Origin: a virus
Taxonomy: Duplodnaviria; Caudoviricetes
Direction: 5' to 3' (one strand)
DNA length: 41,787 bases
Virus record (IMG/VR): IMGVR_UViG_3300025759_000197
Coordinates: 1 to 41,787 of that record
Below the pieces are notes generated by a model. The model searched no databases. It saw nothing but the letters and a program-made list of their open reading frames with translations, and was not told the DNA's origin. Position numbers and translations under genes: made by a program. Shown in pieces: positions 16,124 through 25,535 of the stretch. Position 1 is the first letter of the stretch; each line of letters opens with the position of its first letter.

Positions 16124-16390
16124 ATGAAGGAATATGTAATAATGACTTTGCTACTTCTACCTTTTGAAGACACCTTTAAGGTAGATAGCAAGTTGTGGCT
16201 TCTTGATGTCAAAGTTCCTCATTGTGAGGTTGAATTGCCAACAACTTACCATGATGGAATTAACAAACATGAAATCACAATAGCCAAAAAGAAAATGCAA
16301 TTAGTGGGAAATATCTGTCCCAGTAAAGTTGCACTATTAGACAATCAACATGGAGAAAACACAGAGATAAACAAGGAGAAATATGAGTAA
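16124..16390 (+). CDS. Hypothetical protein
   Basis: ORF track (start 16112 or 16124); its 3' part contains the phage promoter. Confidence 0.5.
   Translation: MKEYVIMTLLLLPFEDTFKVDSKLWLLDVKVPHCEVELPTTYHDGINKHEITIAKKKMQLVGNICPSKVALLDNQHGENTEINKEKYE
16324..16341 (+). promoter_or_regulatory. Putative phage-RNAP promoter for replication genes
   Basis: TAAAGTTGCACTATTAGA about 40 nt upstream of the SSB gene. Confidence 0.82.
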
Positions 16391-16997
16391 ACAAACGTAC
16401 AATAAACTGGTTACACCTGTAGGTGTATCACAGTTTGCTTGGTTGAATAAACCAGATACTAAATTTGATGAGAATGGACATTATAAGGTTAACTTAATTG
16501 TTAGTGCTAATGATGCTAAACCTCTTATCAAGAGTATCAATGATGAAATAGCCAAAGCTGTTGAAATGGCTAAAGAAAAATCTAAAGGCAAAAACATAAA
16601 AACAGCAAACACACCTTTTGAAGAAGAATACGCAGATGGTAAACCTACTGGAAACGTAATCTTCAAATTCAAAGCTAAAGCAAAGATTATAATGAAGAAT
16701 GGAGATGTCATTGACAACAAAGTTCCAATCTTTGATAGCAAAGGTACACCAATGACCAATCAAGTATGGTCAGGAAGTGAAATGAAAGCGTCTGCGGACA
16801 TGATACCATACTATACAGCTATGGCAGGAGCAGGTGTTTCATTAAGACTAAAAGCAGTGCAAGTAACTAAATTAGTTGAAGGGTCAGGTGCAAGTTCGTC
16901 CTCGCATGGCTTTTCAGAAGTTAAAGATGGTTATGTAGCACCAGAAGATAAGACATTTGAAAATGAAGTGGAACAATCGCAAAACGCTGACTTCTAA
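16383..16997 (+). CDS. ssDNA-binding protein (T7 gp2.5-like)
   Basis: TP.G...FAWLNKPDTKF, GVSLRLKAVQV, acidic tail ending in Phe. Confidence 0.93.
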   Translation: MSKQTYNKLVTPVGVSQFAWLNKPDTKFDENGHYKVNLIVSANDAKPLIKSINDEIAKAVEMAKEKSKGKNIKTANTPFEEEYADGKPTGNVIFKFKAKAKIIMKNGDVIDNKVPIFDSKGTPMTNQVWSGSEMKASADMIPYYTAMAGAGVSLRLKAVQVTKLVEGSGASSSSHGFSEVKDGYVAPEDKTFENEVEQSQNADF

Positions 16998-17379
16998 TCA
17001 AGTAGGTCTTAAATATGGGTTTAGGTCTGGTCTTGAAATATCTATCTCGGAAGAGTTAGATGCCAATAAGGTAAAGTATAAGTACGAGAAGGTTAAATTG
17101 ACGTATGTCAAACCACAGAAAGCTCACACTTATACGCCAGACTTTTACCTAGAAGCTCACGATTTTTATATAGAAACAAAAGGATTATTTACTTCTGCGG
17201 ACAGACAGAAGATGAGACTTATTAAAGAACAACACCCAGAAAAAGACATTAGAATAATATTCAGTAATTCAAGAAGTAGAATTTCTAAAAAATCTAAAAC
17301 TACTTACGCAATGTGGTGTGAAAAATACAAATTTAAGTATGCAGATAAACACATACCATTGGAGTGGTTAAATGAATAA
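16957..17379 (+). CDS. Endonuclease I / Holliday junction resolvase (T7 gp3-like)
   Basis: FRSGLE, YTPDF, IETKG, IPLEWL. Confidence 0.95.
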   Translation: MKMKWNNRKTLTSNQVGLKYGFRSGLEISISEELDANKVKYKYEKVKLTYVKPQKAHTYTPDFYLEAHDFYIETKGLFTSADRQKMRLIKEQHPEKDIRIIFSNSRSRISKKSKTTYAMWCEKYKFKYADKHIPLEWLNE

Positions 17380-17806
17380 TAATTACAGAGCTAGAACAGA
17401 TTACATTGTTATTCATTCTACAAAAACAAAATCTAACGAAAATTTAAGTGCAAAGGATATAACTTTAAAACATAGAAAAGAAGGTTTCTTTCACAATGCC
17501 TTTCACTTTATAATTAAAAGAGATGGTACAGTAGAGGAAGGCAGAGACATAGAAATGTCTGGTGCTATCTTACCTATTAATCAGCCTTTAATTACTAATC
17601 AAAATTCCATAGCGATAGCACTTGTTGGTGGCTTATCGCAAGATGGTGAAAAACTTGACACTAACTTCACATTCAAACAATACAATGCGTTGAGAGAACT
17701 TGTAAAAAAGTTGAAAAGGAAGTACAATGTTGAGGTGGTGGGTTGCAGAAATGCAATTAACTCCAAATCGTGTATGTCTTTTGACGTACAAGCGATTGTT
17801 GATTGA
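17372..17806 (+). CDS. T7 gp3.5 lysozyme/amidase homologue with altered active site
   Basis: IVIHS, HFIIKRDGTVEEGR, NSIAIALVGG, NFT..Q, KSCMSFDV; syntenic with T7 gene 3.5. Confidence 0.88.
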   Translation: MNNNYRARTDYIVIHSTKTKSNENLSAKDITLKHRKEGFFHNAFHFIIKRDGTVEEGRDIEMSGAILPINQPLITNQNSIAIALVGGLSQDGEKLDTNFTFKQYNALRELVKKLKRKYNVEVVGCRNAINSKSCMSFDVQAIVD

Positions 17807-17941
17807 GACGCTTCTAGTTAGAAATAGCTAGAGGCGTTTCGTATTTATGGGGTGGCTTACAATGAAACTGACCCCACAGGGCTAGTAGAGGGAGACTGAA
17901 ACTAGCCTCAAAATTTCCCAAATATTTTACTCAAAAAATTT

Positions 17942-19540
17942 ATGCACAAAACAGAAGAAGACTTTTTATATCACAGCCCATGCGATAATTGCAAAAGCAG
18001 TGATGCAAATGCAGTCTATACTAATCATTCGTATTGCTTTTCTTGCAATACATACACTAAAGGACAATCAACAAATATGGAATTAGAAACTATCACAAAA
18101 AAAGAAAGTGGATTTATTAAAGGAGATGTACTTCCTCTTAACAAAAGACAAATACATTTAGATACAGTACAAAAATATAACTATCAAATGGGGTCATGGT
18201 TTGGAAGACCATGTCATATTGCTAATTATTATAATGATAGCAAAGAGTTGGTAGCACAAAAATTAAGATACCCTTCAAAAGATTTTCAATGGATTGGCGA
18301 AGCAAAACAATCAGGATTATTTGGACAAGAAATTTGTAAAGGCAAAGGTAAATATATTACAGTTTGCGAAGGCGAAATAGATGCCTTAACCATGTCGCAG
18401 ATTAACGACAACAGATGGGACGTAGTCTCAATTAAATCTGGTGCGGCAGGTGCAAAAAAAGATATTCAAAAATCATTAGATTTCTTGGAAGGTTATGAGA
18501 ACGTAATCTTCATGTATGACCAAGACATACAAGGGCAACAAGCGGCAATAGAATGTGCTAAACTTCTAACTCCGAATAAAGCCAAGATTGCGTCTCTCCC
18601 TTTAAAAGACCCTAACGAAATGTTGTTAGCAGGTAGAGCAGAAGAACTTAAACAAGCTATGTGGAATGCAAAACCATATAGACCAGATGGAATTGTACTT
18701 GGTACAGAAATCTTTGATGACATAATGAAAGAAGATACTTACATCACTGCACAATATCCATTTAAAACAGTTAACATTAAAACACATGGACTACGAAAAG
18801 GTGAACTTACAACTATAACCGCAGGTACAGGTGTAGGTAAATCATCTTTCTGTCGTCATGTTGCATTAGATTTATTAAAACAAGGTTTTGGTGTTGGCTA
18901 TATCGCATTAGAAGAAAGTATTAAACGTAGTGCATTAGGTATTATGGGTGTTCACCTAAAGAAACCTTTGCATTTAACTAGAGAAGGAATAAGTGAACAA
19001 CAATTACAGGAAACTTTTAAATCTACTATTGGTAATGGGAATTTTTATTTATACAATCACTTTGGTAGTACAATCGCTGACAACTTATTAAGTAAAATAA
19101 GATACCTAGCAAAATCATGTGAAGTAGACTTTGTAGTATTAGACCATTTACACATGGCTTTATCTGCATTGGGTGATGAACATACAAGTGATGAAAGAAA
19201 ACTTATTGATTACTTTGTAAGTAAATTAAGAACATTGGTAGAAGAAACAGGTATTGGTTTAATATTAGTTTCACATCTTCGTAGGTCAGAAGGAGACAAA
19301 GGTTTTGAAGATGGAAAAGATGTTACTATGAATAGTTTGAGAGGCTCGGCTTCCATTGGACAATTATCAGACTTAATTCTTTCCCTTTCAAGAGACATTA
19401 AATCAGAAAAGAAATTAGCAAAAGTTACAATACTTAAAAACAGATTTTCAGGAGAGACAGGCAACGCAGGGACACTATTATATGATTTATCAACTGGTTG
19501 TCTTTCAGAAACATCTCCTGATGTTTTAGATGACTATTAA
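17942..19540 (+). CDS. Primase/helicase (T7 gp4-like)
   Basis: Zn finger CDNC..CFSC, TOPRIM CEGEIDA, AGTGVGKS, LDHL, LRGSASIGQLSD, KNRFSGETG. Confidence 0.97.
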   Translation: MHKTEEDFLYHSPCDNCKSSDANAVYTNHSYCFSCNTYTKGQSTNMELETITKKESGFIKGDVLPLNKRQIHLDTVQKYNYQMGSWFGRPCHIANYYNDSKELVAQKLRYPSKDFQWIGEAKQSGLFGQEICKGKGKYITVCEGEIDALTMSQINDNRWDVVSIKSGAAGAKKDIQKSLDFLEGYENVIFMYDQDIQGQQAAIECAKLLTPNKAKIASLPLKDPNEMLLAGRAEELKQAMWNAKPYRPDGIVLGTEIFDDIMKEDTYITAQYPFKTVNIKTHGLRKGELTTITAGTGVGKSSFCRHVALDLLKQGFGVGYIALEESIKRSALGIMGVHLKKPLHLTREGISEQQLQETFKSTIGNGNFYLYNHFGSTIADNLLSKIRYLAKSCEVDFVVLDHLHMALSALGDEHTSDERKLIDYFVSKLRTLVEETGIGLILVSHLRRSEGDKGFEDGKDVTMNSLRGSASIGQLSDLILSLSRDIKSEKKLAKVTILKNRFSGETGNAGTLLYDLSTGCLSETSPDVLDDY

Positions 19541-19754
19541 AAAAGCACCAAGAATGACTAGAGACAAAGCTATGTCTTGGTCATTTATTATTTTAGATGC
19601 TATCGCAAAAGCTAAAAAATATAAAACAGTTATTACACTAGATGTTGGAAAAGAAACTTCAGCAATCATGGTGGAGAATACTTTAACCAATATGGCAATA
19701 CAAGGAGAGGAAGCGGCTATGTTTATTCAAGTTAAGCTACACACGTTACACTAA
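19530..19754 (+). CDS. Hypothetical protein
   Basis: ORF track; fills the gap on the coding strand. Confidence 0.6.
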   Translation: MTIKKAPRMTRDKAMSWSFIILDAIAKAKKYKTVITLDVGKETSAIMVENTLTNMAIQGEEAAMFIQVKLHTLH

Positions 19755-19756
19755 TT

Positions 19757-20038
19757 ATGAAACTACCAGAAATAACTAAACAAGTATTGAATGCACCTTT
19801 TGTAAAAGTACATTGGAAAGACATTAACTCAAATTCAAGTTGGGTTAATCTTAAAGACGCAAAGAATAGTAAAGTTACTATTTGTATTACAACAGGTTGG
19901 CTAATTAAAGCAGACAAAGATGTTCACATAATTGTTGGAGATGTAAATTTTGAAGACAATGGGACATTAGGTGATGTTGGAAACATAACAACAATGCCTT
20001 CAGTAAACGTATTAAAAGTTAAAAGGATTAAAGTTTGA
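19757..20038 (+). CDS. Conserved hypothetical phage protein
   Basis: V.WKD...W, C.TTGWL motif. Confidence 0.7.
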   Translation: MKLPEITKQVLNAPFVKVHWKDINSNSSWVNLKDAKNSKVTICITTGWLIKADKDVHIIVGDVNFEDNGTLGDVGNITTMPSVNVLKVKRIKV

Positions 20039-21732
20039 GATATATATTTGACATTGAGACAGATGGATTTTTACACACCTGCACAAAAGTACATTGCATT
20101 GTACTTAAAGATATAGACAGTGGTGAAATACTTACATTAGATAATGAGAGTGCTATTAAAAAACTAGAAGAAGCTGATTTAATAGTAGGACACAATATTA
20201 TTAAGTTTGATATTCCAGTATTACAGAAATTATATAACTTTAATTTTAGACAAAAAATTTTTGACACTTTAGTAGGAACAAGATTACTTTATTCAGACAT
20301 TAAAGATAAAGACTTTTCAATTAAAGACTTTCCTAAAGATTGTATAGGTAAACACTCATTAAAAGCATGGGGTAATAGAATAGGTGAATACAAAGAACAG
20401 TTAGAAACTGACTGGCAAACATTCACACCTGAAATGCTAGAGTATTGTAAGCAAGACACAGAGGTAACTTATAAATTATATAAAGTAATAGAAGAAAAAG
20501 GTTACTCACAAGAAGCTATGGATTTAGAACATGAAGTAGCACAATTAATATTTAAACAAGAACAGTATGGATTTAGTTTTAATAGAATTAAAGCTGAAGA
20601 GTTATATATTAAATTAAAAGCAAGAAGTGTAGAGCTAGAAGAAGATTTACAAAAAGTATTTAAACCTATTGTAAAAGAAAGATGGTCTACAAAGACAGGT
20701 AAAAGATTAAAAGATTTAGTTATAGTATTTAATCCTAGTTCACGTCATCACATAGCAGAAAGATTAAAAGAAAAGTATGGGTGGGACGCACAAGAATTTA
20801 CTAGTGATGGTAAAGCAAAGCTAGATGATAGTATATTATCTAAACTTAAATACCCTGAAGCTAAAATATTAGCTGAACATTTTTTATTAAATAAAAGAAT
20901 TGCACAAATAGCTACTGGTTCACAGGCTTGGTTAAAACATGAACGCAATGGTAAGATACATGGCACATGTAATACTAACTCTTGTGTAACACAAAGAGCT
21001 AGTCATTCTTTTCCAAATTTAGGACAGGTAGTTAGTACGTCTGCACCTTATGGTAAAGAGTGTAGAGAATTATTTACAGTACCAGAAGGTAAACGATTAG
21101 TTGGTATTGATGTAAGTTCATTAGAAGTAATGATGCTCTGTCATTTTATGTCAAAGTTTGACAATGGTGAGTACACCAAAGTTGCACTTGAAGGAGACAT
21201 ACACACAGAGACACAGAAATTAGCAGGGCTTGATAGTAGAGACCTTGCGAAGCGTTTTTACTATTGCTTTTTATATGGTGGAAGTGTGAAAAAAATTTCA
21301 GAAGTAATAGGGAAACCTTTTAAAGAAGCAGGAAAGATTAAGAAAAGATTTTTAAATAACTTACCTGCATTGCACAAACTTATTGAAGGTGTGCAGTCTG
21401 CGGCTGAACGTGGATATATAAAAGGTTTAGACAAAAGAGATATTAAAGTTAGAAACAGCTACGCCGCACTCAATACACTTTTGCAATCCGCAGGAGCAAT
21501 TTTATGTAAGAGATGGCTAGTAGAATTTAATAAAGAAATCAAAAAATTTAACAATGCACAACAAGTTGTATGGGTACATGATGAAATACAAGTTGAGTGT
21601 GATGCAAAAGACGCTGATGCTATTGGTAAGATAGCAGTAGATTGTATTAGACGAGCAGGTGAACACTACAAATTAAGAGTTCCTCTAACAGGAGAATACA
21701 AAGTCTCAACTGATTGGAGTGGAACACATTAA
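20035..21732 (+). CDS. Family A DNA polymerase (T7 gp5-like)
   Basis: FDIETDG, GHNIIKFD, YCKQD exonuclease motifs; RDLAKRFYYCFLYG motif B; WVHDE motif C. Confidence 0.97.
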   Translation: MRYIFDIETDGFLHTCTKVHCIVLKDIDSGEILTLDNESAIKKLEEADLIVGHNIIKFDIPVLQKLYNFNFRQKIFDTLVGTRLLYSDIKDKDFSIKDFPKDCIGKHSLKAWGNRIGEYKEQLETDWQTFTPEMLEYCKQDTEVTYKLYKVIEEKGYSQEAMDLEHEVAQLIFKQEQYGFSFNRIKAEELYIKLKARSVELEEDLQKVFKPIVKERWSTKTGKRLKDLVIVFNPSSRHHIAERLKEKYGWDAQEFTSDGKAKLDDSILSKLKYPEAKILAEHFLLNKRIAQIATGSQAWLKHERNGKIHGTCNTNSCVTQRASHSFPNLGQVVSTSAPYGKECRELFTVPEGKRLVGIDVSSLEVMMLCHFMSKFDNGEYTKVALEGDIHTETQKLAGLDSRDLAKRFYYCFLYGGSVKKISEVIGKPFKEAGKIKKRFLNNLPALHKLIEGVQSAAERGYIKGLDKRDIKVRNSYAALNTLLQSAGAILCKRWLVEFNKEIKKFNNAQQVVWVHDEIQVECDAKDADAIGKIAVDCIRRAGEHYKLRVPLTGEYKVSTDWSGTH

Positions 21733-22136
21733 TGTATAATAAAAAATTTGACCTTGACCTAAAGTATGGTCAGGAAAGAGAAAAGCGTTTAGCTTCTATA
21801 CTTGATAAAGATAAATCTAAAATAGAAGTTAAGACAGAAAGAGACTGGTGGTTTAAAACTGGAAACATTGCCATTGAGATGGAATGTAATGGTAAACCTT
21901 CAGGTGTTATGGCTACAAAGTCTGACTACTGGGTACATATCCTAGCAGAAGGAGAGAAAGATTATTGTAGATTAATCTTTGACACAAAGACAATCAAAAG
22001 ATTGGCAAAGAAATATATCAGCACATTAAAAGCAGGTGGTGATGGCTTTAGAAGTAAGTTTGTTCTTATACCTTTAGCAGAAATGTTTATGCCAAAAAAT
22101 TTAACCAAATCTATGCAACAAAGGATAGTAAAATAA
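21732..22136 (+). CDS. PD-(D/E)xK-like hypothetical nuclease-fold protein
   Basis: G..E, IEVK, TGNIAIE, PSG..ATKSDYW; TAATG-coupled start at 21732. Confidence 0.6.
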   Translation: MYNKKFDLDLKYGQEREKRLASILDKDKSKIEVKTERDWWFKTGNIAIEMECNGKPSGVMATKSDYWVHILAEGEKDYCRLIFDTKTIKRLAKKYISTLKAGGDGFRSKFVLIPLAEMFMPKNLTKSMQQRIVK

Positions 22137-22892
22137 ATGTATAAGAAAAAGAAAGTTCTCGTTATTGATGGAGACATACTTGCTTATCAAATTGCAACTA
22201 ATAATGAGATAGAAACAAACTGGGGTGATGGTTTATGGACATTACATTCAGATGAGAAGGCTTGTAAAAGTCAACTTGATTTAGTCATAGAGGATTTAGG
22301 TGCTAACTTATCAGCAGATGATTATGTTGTAGCGTTAACAGATAAGAATAATTTTCGTAAAGATATTCTTCCTACTTATAAATCAAACAGAAAAGAAAAG
22401 CGTAAACCTTTAGTATTAAAAGCTATGCGTGAACACATTATGGAAAAACATAATGGTGTCATGTGGAAAAATTTAGAAGCAGATGATGTCATGGGTATTA
22501 TGGCAACTGAACCTGCGACTACTGAAGAGAGAGTTCTTGTTAGTATTGATAAAGACATGCGTACAATTCCTTGTACTTTATCTAATGATGGTAGTTCTAC
22601 TGAAGAGATACCAGAGAAGATAGCTAACTATAATTTTATGCTTCAAGTTTTAACAGGAGATAAGGTTGATGGTTATGATGGAATAGAGGGTGTCGGAATT
22701 AAGACTGCTGAAAAATTAATTAGTAAATATACTAACGTAAGACTTCCTGATTTATGGAAGATAGTTAAAGGTATCTATAAAGAAAAAGGTTACACAGAGA
22801 AAGAAGCTCTACAACAAGCTAGGGTCGCACACATTTTAAGACATGGTGAGTACAATAAGAAAACAGGGAAGGTTAAGTTATGGAAGATTTAA
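22137..22892 (+). CDS. 5'-3' exonuclease (T7 gp6-like)
   Basis: IDGDI, YKSNR, LEADDVMG, DKD, GD..DGY.GI.GVG. Confidence 0.95.
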   Translation: MYKKKKVLVIDGDILAYQIATNNEIETNWGDGLWTLHSDEKACKSQLDLVIEDLGANLSADDYVVALTDKNNFRKDILPTYKSNRKEKRKPLVLKAMREHIMEKHNGVMWKNLEADDVMGIMATEPATTEERVLVSIDKDMRTIPCTLSNDGSSTEEIPEKIANYNFMLQVLTGDKVDGYDGIEGVGIKTAEKLISKYTNVRLPDLWKIVKGIYKEKGYTEKEALQQARVAHILRHGEYNKKTGKVKLWKI

Positions 22893-23080
22893 TAAAAGAA
22901 CCACCTCACTATGCTAACAATAAAATAGAACCTATTGATTATATTATATCTAATAAATTAGATTTTTGTGAAGGCAATGTCGTTAAGTACATAACACGTT
23001 GGCGTAAAAAAGGTGGGATAGAAGACCTTAAAAAATGCAAACAATATGTGCAATTCATATTAGATAAGTATGAGGCTTAA
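22880..23080 (+). CDS. DUF3310 protein (related to the T7 gp1.7 nucleotide kinase domain)
   Basis: PPHY, IEPID, FCEGNVVKY..R...KGGIEDLKK. Confidence 0.85.
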   Translation: MEDLIKEPPHYANNKIEPIDYIISNKLDFCEGNVVKYITRWRKKGGIEDLKKCKQYVQFILDKYEA

Positions 23081-23448
23081 TGCTTGAACATAAACATATT
23101 TTAATTAGGGCAACTGTTAAGCGTCCACCTATGCAGATAGATACAATCAAACAATGGATAAGAAATTTAGTTGAGAAATTAAACATGAAACCATTAGGTG
23201 AAACTGTAGCTGTCTATGTAGATAAGAAAGGCAACAGAGGATTAACTTGTTTACAAGCTATTGAAACATCACACATAGCTCTACATTCGTGGGACGAAGA
23301 CAGTCCACCTGTTATTCAATTAGATGTCTACACTTGTAGTCATTTGAATAAACAAGTTGTGTTTGATGCACTAGAAAAATTTGAACCAATAAACATTAAT
23401 TACTTAACATTAGATAGAGAAAGGTACTTGGAAATAAAACACTTATGA
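23080..23448 (+). CDS. speD: Pyruvoyl-dependent decarboxylase proenzyme, SpeD/AdoMetDC family
   Basis: GLT....IETSHIALHSW, QLDVYTC. Confidence 0.8.
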   Translation: MLEHKHILIRATVKRPPMQIDTIKQWIRNLVEKLNMKPLGETVAVYVDKKGNRGLTCLQAIETSHIALHSWDEDSPPVIQLDVYTCSHLNKQVVFDALEKFEPININYLTLDRERYLEIKHL

Positions 23449-25196
23449 TAGATTATGATAGAGATGAGTTGCTTACAGATTTTGGTAAGACTACTTTAAA
23501 AGATAGGTATTTATTACCAGACGAAACTTCACCGCAAGATGGATTTATGAGAGCCGCTAAAGCGTTCTCTGATAATGATGAGATGGCGGAACGTATTTAT
23601 AACTACGCTTCTAAATTATGGTTTATGTTTTCTACACCTATTTTATCTAATGGCGGAACAAACAGAGGTATGCCTATCTCTTGTTTCTTAAATTATGTTG
23701 GTGATAGTAGAGAAGGATTAACAGGACACTACACAGAGAATGCTTGGTTAGCATCTATTGGTGGTGGTATCGGTGGCTATTGGGGACATGTAAGAAGTGA
23801 TGGTGTTAGTACGTCAGGTGGTTCACAATCATCTGGTTCTATTCCATTTTTACACGTTGTTGACAGTGAGATAATGGCATTCTCACAAGGTAAAACAAGA
23901 CGTGGAAGTTATGCGGCTTACATGGATATATCACACCCAGAGATTATAGAATTTTTAGAAATGCGTAAGCCTAGTGGTGGAGACATACATAGAAAATGTC
24001 TTAACTTACATCACGCTATAAATATTTCAGATGAGTTTATGCACTTGATTGAAAAGTGTATTGCTGAACCTACTTATGATGACAGTTGGGATTTAATAGA
24101 CCCACATACTAATAAAGTTGTAAGAACTGTATCAGCAAGAGAGTTGTGGCAAAAGATTTTAGAAATTAGAGTTGCTACTGGTGAGCCTTACATTTCATTT
24201 ATAGATACTATCTATGAAGGAATGCCTGAAACACAAAAGAAATTAGGATTAAATGTACATCATTCTAATTTATGTACAGAGATAACATTACCTACTGATG
24301 AACATAGAACAGCAGTGTGTTGTTTGTCTTCTGTAAATTTAGAAAAGTTTGATGAATGGAAAAATAATAATTTATTTATATCTGATTTAGTTAGATTTTT
24401 AGATAACGCTTTAACTTACTTTATTGATAATGCACCTGATAGTGTATTCAGAGCAAAGTTTAGTGCGGCTAATGAAAGAAGTATTGGGCTAGGAGCTATG
24501 GGTTTCCACGCTTATTTACAATCTAAAGGTATTCCTTTTGAAGGTGCGTTAGCTAAATCAATGAACTTAAAAATATTTAAACACATTAAAGAACAAGCAG
24601 TAGCAGAGAGTAAAAGACTTGGTATTAAAAGAGGTGAAGCTCCTGACATGGAAGGTACAGGCATGAGGAATGCACACTTGTTAGCAATAGCACCTAATGC
24701 TTCTTCATCTATTATATGTGGTACTACTTCTCCATCAATAGAACCTTTTAGAGCAAATGCTTATGTACAAAAAACAATGTCTGGTTCTTTCTTGGTAAAG
24801 AATAAATATTTAGAAAAATTATTAGATAAAAAAGGTATCAATACAGATAAGACTTGGACTTCTATACTTGCAAACAGAGGTTCAGTATTACATTTAAAAG
24901 AATTATCTGATTATGAAAAAGATACTTTTAAAACAGCTATAGAAATTAACCAACAGTGGGTAATAGAACATGCGTCTGACAGACAAAAGTTTATTTGTCA
25001 GGCACAATCAGTAAATGTTTTTGTACCTGCTGATGTTAATGTTAAAGAGCTACATGACATACACATGTTAGCTTGGAAACGAAAACTTAAAACTTTGTAC
25101 TATTGTAGAAGTGAAGCAATTAAACGTGCAGAGTTATTATCAAAGAAAATAGAAAGAACAATCATACCAGAGGCAGATTGTTTAGCTTGTGAGTAA
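23445..25196 (+). CDS. nrdA: Class I ribonucleotide reductase alpha subunit (no ATP cone)
   Basis: TPILSN, ISCF, SNLCTEI, IAPNASSS, KTLYY, C-terminal CLAC. Confidence 0.96.
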   Translation: MIDYDRDELLTDFGKTTLKDRYLLPDETSPQDGFMRAAKAFSDNDEMAERIYNYASKLWFMFSTPILSNGGTNRGMPISCFLNYVGDSREGLTGHYTENAWLASIGGGIGGYWGHVRSDGVSTSGGSQSSGSIPFLHVVDSEIMAFSQGKTRRGSYAAYMDISHPEIIEFLEMRKPSGGDIHRKCLNLHHAINISDEFMHLIEKCIAEPTYDDSWDLIDPHTNKVVRTVSARELWQKILEIRVATGEPYISFIDTIYEGMPETQKKLGLNVHHSNLCTEITLPTDEHRTAVCCLSSVNLEKFDEWKNNNLFISDLVRFLDNALTYFIDNAPDSVFRAKFSAANERSIGLGAMGFHAYLQSKGIPFEGALAKSMNLKIFKHIKEQAVAESKRLGIKRGEAPDMEGTGMRNAHLLAIAPNASSSIICGTTSPSIEPFRANAYVQKTMSGSFLVKNKYLEKLLDKKGINTDKTWTSILANRGSVLHLKELSDYEKDTFKTAIEINQQWVIEHASDRQKFICQAQSVNVFVPADVNVKELHDIHMLAWKRKLKTLYYCRSEAIKRAELLSKKIERTIIPEADCLACE

Positions 25197-25309
25197 TGGG
25201 AAAGTATTTAATAATTTTAATACTGCTGACAGGTTGTTCACAGATTAATGATAAATTTAATCCTGCAACTACTGTAATAAAACACATAATAAAAGGAACA
25301 AATGATTAA
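25196..25309 (+). CDS. Small lipoprotein (37 aa), not in ORF track
   Basis: MGKYLIILILLTGCSQINDKFNPATTVIKHIIKGTND*; lipobox LTG-C; TAATG coupling to nrdA. Confidence 0.7.
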   Translation: MGKYLIILILLTGCSQINDKFNPATTVIKHIIKGTND

Positions 25310-25535
25310 ATATATATTAGAAATTATATATCATTATTCAACAGCTTTAACATCATGGTCGTGGACTAAATTATATGGAGATAGAAATAAAAAAATGAAA
25401 ACAATACCAGATACTATAGATAGTATAAAAAAGAAAATAAGAAAACTTCAAGTATTATCATTGTACTACAGAGAAGGAATAGTAGGAGCATGGGTAGGAC
25501 TTTTATTAGGAATAATAATAGGAATGCTAATATGA
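25302..25535 (+). CDS. Small membrane protein
   Basis: SD AAAGGA; C-terminal TM GIVGAWVGLLLGIIIGMLI. Confidence 0.6.
   Translation: MIKYILEIIYHYSTALTSWSWTKLYGDRNKKMKTIPDTIDSIKKKIRKLQVLSLYYREGIVGAWVGLLLGIIIGMLI

Noticed and set aside
21178-21188. AAAGTTGCACT inside the DNA polymerase gene (and TAAAGTTGCA near 15223 in RNAP) as extra promoters
   Set aside because: The 3' TTAG part is missing and the match is explained by Lys-Val-Ala codons; a weak promoter cannot be fully excluded.
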